NCBI GenBank assembly: GCA_035762545.1
Contig: DASTOM010000005.1
Coordinates: forward strand, 5,026-69,025
Length of the DNA stretch: 64,000 nt
Origin: Acidimicrobiia bacterium
GTDB lineage: Bacteria > Actinomycetota > Acidimicrobiia > Spongiisociales > ZC4RG35
Reading direction: 5' to 3'
The number at the start of each line of letters is the position of its first letter. Within the stretch, counting starts at the first letter, position 1. Shown here in pieces: positions 1 through 9,092 of this stretch. The notes beneath the pieces are model-generated. The model did no database searches, was not told the DNA's origin, and was given only the letters and a program-made list of their open reading frames with translations. The translations under genes were made by a program, and so were the position numbers.

Positions 1-29
1 CTGGTATCGATCATCGGCAGGCGACCAAG

Positions 30-380
30 TTGAGAAAGGCGGGGGTCAGGACCTCCAAAGCGCTCATCGAGCAGGCCGATACCAGACGTGGTCGCACCCA
101 ACTGTCCAAAGAAACCGGAATCAGCCCCAAGGACCTCCAGCTATGGGTTCACCACGCCGACCTTCTCCGGGTACGCGGCGTGGGGGCCGAGTATGCGGCT
201 ATGTTGGTCGAGGCGGGGGTCGACACCCTGCGTGACCTGCGTCGTCGCAACCCGACGGCCCTCCTCGCCAAGATCATCGGAATGAACGGGTCGCAGAAGG
301 TGGTCGACCGGCTGCCCACAGAGGGAATGGTCGTGGGTTGGATCGAGGCCGCCACCGAGCTCGAGCCGTCGATCAGCTAG
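30..380 (+). CDS. DUF4332-like helix-hairpin-helix domain protein (possibly N-terminally truncated by the window edge)
   Basis: ORF 30..380. The pattern 'ADLLRVRGVGAEYAAMLVEAGVDTLRDL' is typical of DUF4332/HhH proteins. GC3-rich coding bias. Confidence 0.5.
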   Translation: MRKAGVRTSKALIEQADTRRGRTQLSKETGISPKDLQLWVHHADLLRVRGVGAEYAAMLVEAGVDTLRDLRRRNPTALLAKIIGMNGSQKVVDRLPTEGMVVGWIEAATELEPSIS

Positions 381-436
381 AACGCCGCCGGGTCCCTTCG
401 GGCGGGTCGCGGCTGAAACGAGACAAGAGCCAATAA

Positions 437-470
437 GAAAAGGGACCCCGAGGGGCCCCTTTTCTTCTGT
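437..470. terminator. Bidirectional rho-independent terminator between convergent genes
   Basis: Hairpin AAAAGGGACCCC-GAG-GGGGCCCCTTTT with T-tracts on both strands (TTTTCTTCT on +, TTTTCTTATT on -). Sits between the 30..380(+) and 485..979(-) stops. Confidence 0.5.
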
Positions 471-484
471 GAGGAGGAGTGAGC

Positions 485-979
485 TCAGGAAGTCTTGGCC
501 TTAGCGGTCGACTTCGCTGGGCTCGTCTTCGCAGCCGTCGACGACTTGGTCGTCTTGGCGGCAGAAGTCTTGCTGGCGGTCGCCTTGGGGGCGGCCGGCT
601 TCTTGGCAGCCGGCTTTGCGGCCGGCTTGGCAGCGGGGGTCTTGGCAGCCTCGACCGCCTCGGCCTTCTCGGGACGGAAGGACTGACGCCATGTGGCGAG
701 CATGTCCTCGAGCTGGTCGCGCAGCTTGCTGACCTGCTCCTTGGCCTGGTCGAGATCCACCTTCTGGGTGATCTCCTCGACGACCTTTCCTTCGCGAATG
801 CCGGAGACGACCTTCTCGCCTTCGACGGCCCAGCCGTCGATCGCCTTGTTGGCGACCTCGCTGTAGTTGGAGGTCTCCTTCGAGACCTTCCCCTTGAGCT
901 CGTTCACCTGACCGGAGACCTTCCGGGCGGCAACGACGGGTGCACCTACAGCTGCATACAGAACGCTTTTGGCTTGCAT
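485..979 (-). CDS. HbhA-like (heparin-binding hemagglutinin family) protein with C-terminal Lys/Ala/Pro-rich repeat tail
   Basis: 164 aa with an N-terminal coiled-coil-like region. C-terminal 'AAKPAAKPAAKKPAAPKATASKTSAAKTTKSS...' repeats. Sits next to an XRE regulator, as hbhA (Rv0475) sits next to Rv0474 in mycobacteria. Confidence 0.6.
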   Translation of the reverse strand: MQAKSVLYAAVGAPVVAARKVSGQVNELKGKVSKETSNYSEVANKAIDGWAVEGEKVVSGIREGKVVEEITQKVDLDQAKEQVSKLRDQLEDMLATWRQSFRPEKAEAVEAAKTPAAKPAAKPAAKKPAAPKATASKTSAAKTTKSSTAAKTSPAKSTAKAKTS

Positions 980-984
980 CTCTA

Positions 985-1350
985 TTACTCCTGTTCCTGT
1001 TCTGACATCTCTTCTTCTGGCCGGGCCAGAGCCCGGTACATGTCGAGAAGCACTCTCTTGTGCTCGCTCGTCAGGCGTTCGTCACTGTCAATCGCCTCGA
1101 ACACCGTCGGCGGCGGCAACTCCTCGTCGATCAGTCCTGCTCTGCGGTACAGAGTGTTGGACGAGATCTCGAGGGCACGGGAGAGATTCTTGAGAATCTC
1201 GGCCGAGGGCTTGCGAATCCCCCTTTCGATCTGGCTGAGATACGGGTTTGAGATTCCCGCACTCTCCGCCAGTCTCCGGAGGGAGAGGTTCGCCCGCTCT
1301 CGCTGGGTTCGGATGAACTCACCCAGGTCGCCGTGCTTGCTCTCGTTCAT
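985..1350 (-). CDS. XRE-family helix-turn-helix transcriptional regulator
   Basis: HTH motif 'LSLRRLAESAGISNPYLSQIERGIRKPSAEIL'. 121 aa, directly upstream of the HbhA-like gene on the same strand. Confidence 0.75.
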   Translation of the reverse strand: MNESKHGDLGEFIRTQRERANLSLRRLAESAGISNPYLSQIERGIRKPSAEILKNLSRALEISSNTLYRRAGLIDEELPPPTVFEAIDSDERLTSEHKRVLLDMYRALARPEEEMSEQEQE

Positions 1351-1463
1351 CTGATGTAAGCATACAGCTAAGTGCTAACTATTGCAAGCGCATGCTAGCG
1401 AGATTTCTATTTCGGCTGGGTAACACGTGCATTAACAGAAACCAGCGCGAGCACTGGCGTCCC

Positions 1464-2186
1464 TCACGCCACGTTGGCGTCGAAGATCCGCCCGATCGCC
1501 CAGGCAATGGCACCACCGACTCCTGCGACGATCAGATTCTCGAACCCCGACCTGATCCATGAGGTCCTGGCGACATACGCCTTCACCACGCCCACCGCAA
1601 ACAGTGCGATCAGCGAAAGCAGGGTCGCCCAGACCATCGCCGTGGTCACATTGCCGGCAATGGCGAAGGGGAGCACCGAGGGCAGCGAGCCGAGGACGAA
1701 CAAGCCCCCGGAAACAGCCATGGCGCGGTAGGGGGAGCGCCGCTCGGAGTCGACGATCCCGAACTCGAGGGCACCCATCGCGTTGAGCAGGGCCTCGTCG
1801 TTGTCGACGAATCCGGCCATGACCCCGTCGAGATGGTCGTCTTCGACCCCCATCTCGGTGAAGAAGCCACGCAGCTGTCCCAGTTCCATCTCACGGAACT
1901 TGCGGATGTGAGTCTGCTCCAGCTCCAGTTCCGCGTCGAGCACCTCATCCTGGGACTTGGTGGCGAGGTACTCGCCGGCGGCCATCGAGACCGCTCCGGC
2001 TATCGCGCCGGCAGTTGCGGTCAGCAGGACCTGCTGCTGGGAGAGCCCGCCGCTGACGACGCCGACCACGAGGAGGAATATCGAGACCAGGCCGTCGTTG
2101 ACGCCGAGGATGATGTCACGCCAGTACTGCCGGCTCTGCCCGATGTGGGGCACGTAGCCGGGGGGATACTCCTGGTCGATCTCCAC
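1464..2186 (-). CDS. VIT1/CCC1-family iron/manganese transporter
   Basis: 240 aa with an N-terminal cytosolic part and C-terminal TM helices. VIT-family signature 'GVNDGLVS...GEYLA'. Confidence 0.75.
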   Translation of the reverse strand: MEIDQEYPPGYVPHIGQSRQYWRDIILGVNDGLVSIFLLVVGVVSGGLSQQQVLLTATAGAIAGAVSMAAGEYLATKSQDEVLDAELELEQTHIRKFREMELGQLRGFFTEMGVEDDHLDGVMAGFVDNDEALLNAMGALEFGIVDSERRSPYRAMAVSGGLFVLGSLPSVLPFAIAGNVTTAMVWATLLSLIALFAVGVVKAYVARTSWIRSGFENLIVAGVGGAIAWAIGRIFDANVA

Positions 2187-2228
2187 ACGGGGATGGTAAA
2201 CCCGGCGTAGCGATGGCTTCCAGCCGAC

Positions 2229-3398
2229 TCAGCCGTCTCCTCGGCTGGCGTCCACGAGGGCGAGGAGGGCGGCGGCACCCGCCTGGAGGCCGATCGGAAT
2301 CGATTCCTCGTTGAGCCTGAAACCGGCAGAGTGGAGGTCCCCACCCCCCGATGCCGTGCCCAATCGGAGGAGGGCGCCTCGGGTGACGGTCAGGTAGTTC
2401 GAGAAGTCCTCGCCCCCCATCGACTGTGCCGTGGGCACCACCGTTCCGGCTCCGATCGTCGATTCGATCGCCACAGTCGTGGTCTCGATCACGAACTCGT
2501 CGTTGACCACCGGTGGTATCCCCTGCTGATAGTCCATCGTGTAACCGGCGCCGGGCAGGGCGAGAATCGATCCGAGCGCCTTGTCGATCAGGCCGGGCAG
2601 GACGTCCCAGAGGGCCGGGTCGAGGGTGCGGACCGTTCCTGTCATCACCACTTCGGTGGGGATGACGTTGGGGGCATCTCCTCCGTGGATCGAACCGAAA
2701 GCGATCACCAACGCCGAGCGGGCGTCGACCGACCGACGGACCGCTGTCGTCAGTCCGGTCACAACTCTCGAGGCGGCGTCGACCAGGTCGACGGTTCGAT
2801 GGGGACGGGACGTGTGCCCTCCCGGCCCGTGGACCTCGATGGTGAAGCTGTCGGCGCTGCCGGTGATCGGTCCGACCCGCGCCCCGATGCGCCCGACCCG
2901 CAGGGAAGGATCGACATGAAAAGCGATGAGACTGTCGAGCCCGGTGACCGCACCCTCCGCCACCAACTCGATGGCCCCTCCAGGGTTCGATTCCTCACCG
3001 GGCTGGAACAGGAACCTCACCCCGATATCCGGGGCGAGTCGATGGAGGATCGTCGCCAGACCCACCGCGATCGCGGTGTGGGCGTCGTGACCGCAGGCAT
3101 GCATCCATCCTTGGTTGGCCGAGCGGGGAGAATTGTCCGTCGGCTCCACGATGGGCAAGGCATCGAGATCGGCCCGGAATCCCACCTTGGGAGTGGCGCC
3201 GACGTCGACCCACCCGCCGGTCTTCTCGCCCCTGGTCCGAAACTCGAGACCTTCGGTCTCCAGTGCGGACCGAACCATGTCGGTCGTGACGAACTCACGA
3301 TGTGCCGGCTCGGGTTGGGTGTGGAGCTGGCGTCGCAGGTCGATCACCGTCGGTATCACCTCCGCCACCAGCCCTGATATGTCCTCCAAAGCGGGCAT
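2229..3398 (-). CDS. M20D-family amidohydrolase (hippurate hydrolase / N-acyl-amino-acid amidohydrolase type)
   Basis: M20D metal-binding region 'MHACGHDAHTAIAVG'. 389 aa. Confidence 0.8.
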   Translation of the reverse strand: MPALEDISGLVAEVIPTVIDLRRQLHTQPEPAHREFVTTDMVRSALETEGLEFRTRGEKTGGWVDVGATPKVGFRADLDALPIVEPTDNSPRSANQGWMHACGHDAHTAIAVGLATILHRLAPDIGVRFLFQPGEESNPGGAIELVAEGAVTGLDSLIAFHVDPSLRVGRIGARVGPITGSADSFTIEVHGPGGHTSRPHRTVDLVDAASRVVTGLTTAVRRSVDARSALVIAFGSIHGGDAPNVIPTEVVMTGTVRTLDPALWDVLPGLIDKALGSILALPGAGYTMDYQQGIPPVVNDEFVIETTTVAIESTIGAGTVVPTAQSMGGEDFSNYLTVTRGALLRLGTASGGGDLHSAGFRLNEESIPIGLQAGAAALLALVDASRGDG

Positions 3399-3421
3399 TC
3401 GGCGAGCCTAACCCCGAGCAG

Positions 3422-6001
3422 TCACTCGTAGAAGATCGTTTCGAAGGTTCGCCGTGCCCTCCGTGTATACCGGCGGTAGTGCTCACGAAGCTCGCCGCTG
3501 CGGTCGAAACCGAGCGACGCAGCAAGGCGCGATGTGGCGTCGGCCACCATTGGGAGCGAGTCTGAAGGCCGACCGCTCTGCAGGTGGAGACGGAGACGCA
3601 CCCGGGTGCAGAAGAGGTAGGCGTCGTGGAGCGCGTGGAACTCGCTGGGCTTGAGCAGCTTGGCCTCGCGGAGGGCATCGAGCGTCTCGAACGTCCCGGT
3701 GAGCCGGAGCTCGGGGATCTTGCCGCCATGTCTCAGTTGGAGCAGTTGGACAGCGAACTCGATGTCGCTGAGCCCTCCCGGACCCAGCTTGAGATGGAAG
3801 TCCGGGTCCTCGTTGGCCGGTATTCGCTCCGACTCGACCCGCGCCTTGATTCGGCGGATCTCGCCAACGGTCTCCCTCGAGAGCTCCGGACGCCAGACGA
3901 CCGGCTCGATCATCTCGAAGTACTCAGCGAGGAGGTCTTCATTGCCGCCCCCTGGTCGGGCTTTGACCAATGCCAGCAGCTCCCACGGTTCGACCCATTC
4001 CTCGTAGTACCGCTTGTAAGAGGCGAGTGATCGAGACATCGGACCTTTGCGCCCTTCGGGACGAAGACCGGCGTCGACTTCGTAGGCATCGCCATGACGG
4101 TTGGGCTCCGCCAGGACGCTCCCCAGCCCGGCGGCGAGCTCGAGCCCTCTCTTCGTATCGTCTCCGTGGATGTACATCACGTCGATGTCCGACCCGTATG
4201 AGAGCTCTCTACCACCCCATCGGCCCATGGCGATCACCGCAAATGGCTCGTCGGGCTCGGCGATGATGTGGAGGGAAGCTCTAACCGCGGCGTCGGCGCT
4301 GTCAGAGAGGGCATGGATGGTCGCCTGCGGCGGGGCCACGCCCAGGATGTCCCGCGCCGCTATGCGGAGTTTGCGGCGTCGGACGAATCTCCGAATCGTC
4401 CCGATCCTGGCCTCTAGTCCCGGTCTGGCATCGAGGGTCAGAATGAGCCGCGTTGTGGCGTCGTCGAGATCGCGGATCCTGGCGAGGAGATCGTCGTCGG
4501 CGAGACGGGGCACGAACTCGGGGATACGGTCCATCAGATCGCCGACCAACTTGCCGGTCCCGAGGAGTGTGCACAGTCGTTCGCCGGCCACCGGGTTGGT
4601 CTGGAGGACGCGAATCAGGGCGGCATGATCAGTGGAATGAGCGAGGAGCAACCGGAGCTGCGCCAATCCGAGGTCGGGGTCGGGTGACTGCGACAGCCAG
4701 TCCAACATAAGAGGCAGCATCTGGTGCATCACCATCGACCGCCGACTGACTCCGGACATCAGGTCGTTCACCGTCTGAGTCGCCGCAACCACATTGCGGA
4801 ATCCCAGTGCTGCCAGCCTGACGGCGGCGGCGGACTGGGTCAGTCGTGCCGTGTCCAAGCCCACCAGTGCGTCGAGGATCGGTCGGAAGTAGAGACGTTC
4901 GTGGAGATCACGTGCATTGGCCCGGACTTCGGCGAGCCGGGTCTCGAATTCCTCGGCGGGATTGTTGGCGAACCCCAGGGAGCGTCCCAGCCACTCTCTT
5001 CCCTCGGCGTCCGTCGGGATGCTGTGGGTCTGGCGGAGATCGTGTAACTGCAGCCGGTGCTCGACGTCCCGGAGGAAGCGATACGCGTCGTCCATTTTCG
5101 CCGCCTCTTCGACGTCTATGTAACCGTGGTCCCGCAGGGCGGCGATCGCGCCGAGAGTGGAGGTGACCCGAAGGTCCGTGTCGACCCGGCCATGGACGAG
5201 TTGAAGGATCTGGACCGAGAACTCGATGTCACGAATGCCCCCGCGCGATCGTTTGATGTCGTTTGTTGGAGAGCCCTCCTCCGCCTGGCTCTTCAGCGCA
5301 CGGATGCTGCGCAGCGCGTCGGTGTCGAGACCTTCTTCCCAGATGATCTTGTCGGCGAGGGCCCGGAATCGGGTCCCGAGGTCGGGGTCGCCGGCGGCGT
5401 GACGTGCTTTCAGGAGGGCCTGGAGCTCCCATGCCTCGCTCCACCGCTCGTAGTAGCCGGCGTACCCTTCGAGACTCCTCGAGAGCGGGCCCATCGAGCC
5501 CTCCGGCCGCAAGTCGGCGTCGACGTTGAGCGTCGGGCCGTCGAATGTCGGGGTGGACAGCCTTGCCAGGAGCCGGGAAGCGATCGCCAGGGCGGCCGCC
5601 CGGCCCTCCGTCTCGCGTCCGGGCGCTGCCTCGTGAACGAACACGAGGTCTATGTCCGAGTAGTAGTTGAGCTCACGGGCTCCCCATTTCCCCATTGCGA
5701 TCACCGCGAACGCGAGCTCGGCGGCTATGGGGTGACGCTCGGAGATCTCCTCGGTGACTGCGGCGAGCTCGTCAGCGACGATGAGATCCATGGAGTCGGA
5801 CAGGCTTCTCGTGGTCGTCTCCAGATCGGCGGTGCCGAGGACGTCGGCGATAGCGACGTGGAGGAGAGCAGCCTGAACTCGAGCGCTCACGCTCGCTCCC
5901 GCATGGGCACCATCGACCAGGTCGGGTTGCCGGAGCAATGCCTCGGCGAGCGGTGGACTGACCCGCTCCAGCTGGTCTGCGATCCTCTGGCTATCCGTCA
6001 C
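3422..6001 (-). CDS. glnE: Glutamine synthetase adenylyltransferase / adenylyl-removing enzyme
   Basis: Two nucleotidyltransferase modules ('NYYSDIDLVFVH' and 'GRWGGRELSYGSDIDVMYIH'). 859 aa. Divergent from nadE. Confidence 0.9.
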   Translation of the reverse strand: MTDSQRIADQLERVSPPLAEALLRQPDLVDGAHAGASVSARVQAALLHVAIADVLGTADLETTTRSLSDSMDLIVADELAAVTEEISERHPIAAELAFAVIAMGKWGARELNYYSDIDLVFVHEAAPGRETEGRAAALAIASRLLARLSTPTFDGPTLNVDADLRPEGSMGPLSRSLEGYAGYYERWSEAWELQALLKARHAAGDPDLGTRFRALADKIIWEEGLDTDALRSIRALKSQAEEGSPTNDIKRSRGGIRDIEFSVQILQLVHGRVDTDLRVTSTLGAIAALRDHGYIDVEEAAKMDDAYRFLRDVEHRLQLHDLRQTHSIPTDAEGREWLGRSLGFANNPAEEFETRLAEVRANARDLHERLYFRPILDALVGLDTARLTQSAAAVRLAALGFRNVVAATQTVNDLMSGVSRRSMVMHQMLPLMLDWLSQSPDPDLGLAQLRLLLAHSTDHAALIRVLQTNPVAGERLCTLLGTGKLVGDLMDRIPEFVPRLADDDLLARIRDLDDATTRLILTLDARPGLEARIGTIRRFVRRRKLRIAARDILGVAPPQATIHALSDSADAAVRASLHIIAEPDEPFAVIAMGRWGGRELSYGSDIDVMYIHGDDTKRGLELAAGLGSVLAEPNRHGDAYEVDAGLRPEGRKGPMSRSLASYKRYYEEWVEPWELLALVKARPGGGNEDLLAEYFEMIEPVVWRPELSRETVGEIRRIKARVESERIPANEDPDFHLKLGPGGLSDIEFAVQLLQLRHGGKIPELRLTGTFETLDALREAKLLKPSEFHALHDAYLFCTRVRLRLHLQSGRPSDSLPMVADATSRLAASLGFDRSGELREHYRRYTRRARRTFETIFYE

Positions 6002-6055
6002 ACGCCACAGGCTATGACCGTCGTCAATCGCACAGGTGCGGCGTAACGTGGCGGC

Positions 6056-7714
6056 ATGCCGATGAAGGTCGCAGGAGCCCAGTTGAACCTGACCGTGGGT
6101 GACCTCTCGGGCAACGAACAGTTGATATCTGAGGCGATGAGCCGCGCCGAGGCGGCGAATGCCGATGTCGTCCTCCTTCCCGAACTGGCGATACCGGGAT
6201 ATCCACCCGAGGATCTCGTGCTGAGACGCGATTTCGTCGAAGCCAACGTCGAGGCCCTGCGTCGCTTGGCCCGGGCGTCGGGGAGCACCACCACCGTTGT
6301 TGGGTTCCTCGACTTCGCCTCGGGCCCCGGAAGCCGCGCAATCGACTCAGAGGATCGGGGCGTCGCCAACGCCGCTGCGGTGCTGCGCGATGGAGAGATC
6401 GTCGGTGTCTATCACAAGGTCCATCTCCCCAACTTCGGGGTCTTCGACGAGGACCGCTACTTCGTGACCGGATCCGACCCCGACCGCATCTGGGACATCG
6501 CCGGAGTCCCGACGGGCGTTTCGGTCTGTGAGGACATCTGGCTCCCCGACGGCCCGCCGTCTTTGCAGGCCCGGGCCGGGGCGAGGATCCTGCTCAACAT
6601 CAATGCCAGCCCATTCCATCGGGGCAAGGCGTCGGAGAGGGAGGAGATGCTGAGGTCTCGGGCGCTGGCGGCCGGTGCCCCCATCGTCTATCTCAACCTC
6701 ATCGGCGGTCAGGATGAGCTGGTGTTCGACGGGGCTTCGGTGGTGATAGCCGACACCGGCGAGGTGATCCACCGTTCCGCACAGTTCGAGGAGGACTTCT
6801 TCGTCCTCGACGTCCCCCTCCCCGGGGAGGGCGTGGAGACCGGGGACATCGCCCCATATCTGGAGCCCACCGAGGAGGTCTACCGGGCATTGACTACTGG
6901 TTTGGCCGACTACTGCCGGAAGAACGGTTTCGGGTCGGTCGTGATCGGGCTCTCCGGAGGTATCGACTCGGCGCTCACCGCGGCAATCGCCGCGGACGCT
7001 CTCGGGCCCGACTCGGTCTGGGGGGTCTCCATGCCTTCGCGATTCTCCTCACAACACTCGATCGACGACGCCCGGCTTCTGGCCGAGAACCTGGGAATCC
7101 GTTTCGACAAGATCTCGATCGACGGCGTCTTCGAGTCCCATCTCGACTCGCTGGCCGATGTCTTCGCCGGTACCGAGTTCGGCGTCGCCGAGGAAAACCT
7201 CCAGGCCAGGTCGCGGGGAGCGACCCTCATGGCGATCTCCAACAAGCACGGGCCCATGGTCCTGGCCACGGGGAACAAGAGCGAGATGGCCGCCGGTTAC
7301 GCCACCCTCTACGGGGACATGGTGGGCGGCTACTCCGTGTTGAAGGACGTGTTCAAGGGTCTCGTCTACGAACTGGCGCGTTGGCGGAACAAGGACGGCG
7401 AGGTGATCCCGCAGAACACCATCGACAAGGATCCATCTGCAGAGCTTCGCCCCAATCAGAAGGACTCCGACTCACTCCCGCCATACGAGATCCTCGACGC
7501 CATCCTCGAGCGGTACATCGAAGACGACATGGGTGTGGCCGAGGTCATCGCGGACGGGTACGACCCCGACACCGTGGTCAGGGTTGCCAGGATGGTCGAC
7601 CGGAACGAGTACAAGCGCCGGCAGTCGGCACCCGGGGTCAAGATCACCACCAAGGCCTTCGGCAAAGACCGCCGTCTCCCGATCACCAACCATTACCGGC
7701 CGTCCGCCCCGTGA
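6056..7714 (+). CDS. nadE: Glutamine-dependent NAD+ synthetase
   Basis: N-terminal carbon-nitrogen hydrolase domain plus a C-terminal NAD synthase domain with PP-loop 'GLSGGIDSALTAAIAADALG'. Confidence 0.9.
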   Translation: MPMKVAGAQLNLTVGDLSGNEQLISEAMSRAEAANADVVLLPELAIPGYPPEDLVLRRDFVEANVEALRRLARASGSTTTVVGFLDFASGPGSRAIDSEDRGVANAAAVLRDGEIVGVYHKVHLPNFGVFDEDRYFVTGSDPDRIWDIAGVPTGVSVCEDIWLPDGPPSLQARAGARILLNINASPFHRGKASEREEMLRSRALAAGAPIVYLNLIGGQDELVFDGASVVIADTGEVIHRSAQFEEDFFVLDVPLPGEGVETGDIAPYLEPTEEVYRALTTGLADYCRKNGFGSVVIGLSGGIDSALTAAIAADALGPDSVWGVSMPSRFSSQHSIDDARLLAENLGIRFDKISIDGVFESHLDSLADVFAGTEFGVAEENLQARSRGATLMAISNKHGPMVLATGNKSEMAAGYATLYGDMVGGYSVLKDVFKGLVYELARWRNKDGEVIPQNTIDKDPSAELRPNQKDSDSLPPYEILDAILERYIEDDMGVAEVIADGYDPDTVVRVARMVDRNEYKRRQSAPGVKITTKAFGKDRRLPITNHYRPSAP

Positions 7715-8517
7715 TCACCGACGTCCTCATCAACGGCGAGCCCTCAGACGGGCGCATCCCGGTAACCGATTCGTCGGTCCTGCGCGGCGATGGTGTCTTC
7801 GAGGTGCTCAAGGCCTACAACAGTGAGGCGTTCGGTCTCGACTTCCATCTCGATCGACTCGAGGCGAGCGCCCGCGCAATGCATCTCGACCTGCCGCCCC
7901 GTATCGAACTGGCGGCATGGATCGAACAGGTGTCGTCGCAACTGGGGGGCGGGGTCGTCCGGGTGATCGTCACCAGAGGTTCCAGCATTCCAGGTCTCGA
8001 TGACCCTGCCAACGTCATCGTCTTCGGTCACTCCTGGGATCGGGAGTTCGGCCCCGCCAGGCTGTACCCGGTGGCGGCTCCGTGGCACGCCGCAGGAGTC
8101 GTGTGGGATCTGGCCGGGGCGAAGATCACCTCCTACGCACCCAACCTGTCGGCCACGAGGAGGGCCAAGGCCGAGGGGTTCGAAGATGCACTCCTCACGA
8201 CAGTGGACGGCGTCATGCTGGAAGGTCCGACGTTCAGCGTCGCCTGGGTGGTGGACGGAGTGGTGGAGACCCCAGGTCTCCACCTGGGCATCCTCGACTC
8301 GATCACCCGAAAGGTGGTGGTCTCGGGGGCTCGCGAAACGGGGATCGAGGTGATCGAGGACGTATGGACCCTCGAGCGGCTCCGGAGCGCCGACGAGGTT
8401 ATGGCTCTGTCCACCATTCGAGAGGTCCAGCCGGTGGTCGCGGTCGGCGATCTCGAGTTCGAGCCGGGCACGACGACCGAGAAGTTGGCTGGTGTATTCA
8501 GTGCCCTCGTAGGGTAA
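7711..8517 (+). CDS. Class IV (branched-chain / D-amino-acid / ADC lyase family) aminotransferase
   Basis: GTG start at 7711 overlaps the nadE stop (GTGA). The sequence 'GDGVFEVLKAYNSEAFGLDFHLDRL' is typical of fold-type IV PLP enzymes. Start codon is uncertain. Confidence 0.65.
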   Translation: MITDVLINGEPSDGRIPVTDSSVLRGDGVFEVLKAYNSEAFGLDFHLDRLEASARAMHLDLPPRIELAAWIEQVSSQLGGGVVRVIVTRGSSIPGLDDPANVIVFGHSWDREFGPARLYPVAAPWHAAGVVWDLAGAKITSYAPNLSATRRAKAEGFEDALLTTVDGVMLEGPTFSVAWVVDGVVETPGLHLGILDSITRKVVVSGARETGIEVIEDVWTLERLRSADEVMALSTIREVQPVVAVGDLEFEPGTTTEKLAGVFSALVG

Positions 8518-8552
8518 GGAACCATCCAGCACTAGCGTTTCGTTTGGTGGTC

Positions 8553-9071
8553 ATGAGATTTCGATCGATAGCCGTGGTCGGCGCAGTGGTTTTGGCCCTC
8601 GCCGCATGTGACAGCGGGGACGCCGAGCTTTCAACGGACTCCACCATCATCACCGGTGGAACCAATGCCCCGGCCGCCACAACCACGACGACACCATCCG
8701 ACGGTGGCACCTCCGGGAGCTCGCCGTCCACCACTCTCGTCGGCGAGCCAGTGGCGGCGTACGACGTCGTCCAGAGGACTCCAAACGACAACGGGGAGGC
8801 CGTGATCGTCGTCATCCCCGAGGGCGCCTACACCGATGTGGATCTCGAGAACTTCGTAATCGACCTGCTCGAGTCCGACGAGAACATCTACGGCGCCGAA
8901 GTCTTTGGTGACGAGACCGCGGTCGAGGCCTTTCTCATCGACCCGGCCTCACTCACCGAGGAGCAGACCGCGTTGATCGAGCGTTATCACTACGTCACTG
9001 TCGTGGGCCGGGACCGGATCGAGTACCGGGGCCCGTTCGCCGAGTTCCCCGGTGGGGCCATCGGAAGCTGA
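8553..9071 (+). CDS. Hypothetical secreted lipoprotein
   Basis: Signal peptide with lipobox 'VLALAAC'. Thr-rich linker, then an acidic domain. No family recognised. Confidence 0.5.
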   Translation: MRFRSIAVVGAVVLALAACDSGDAELSTDSTIITGGTNAPAATTTTTPSDGGTSGSSPSTTLVGEPVAAYDVVQRTPNDNGEAVIVVIPEGAYTDVDLENFVIDLLESDENIYGAEVFGDETAVEAFLIDPASLTEEQTALIERYHYVTVVGRDRIEYRGPFAEFPGGAIGS

Positions 9072-9092
9072 CACAGGACCGTTCGCCGCGTC

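Noticed and set aside
479-1354. 291-aa plus-strand ORF overlapping the HbhA-like and XRE genes
   Set aside because: Low-complexity Leu/Gly/Arg composition antisense to two well-supported genes. A typical high-GC antisense artefact.
2331-3377. Long antisense ORFs (for example 2331..3377+, 5057..6046+, 15586..16521+, 28628..29617+, 53030..54466-, 57591..59252-)
   Set aside because: Each is antisense to a confidently identified gene (M20D, glnE, penicillin acylase, ybdK, rpoB, rpoC) and has skewed Arg/Gly/Asp composition. Stop-codon-poor reverse frames are expected at about 67% GC.
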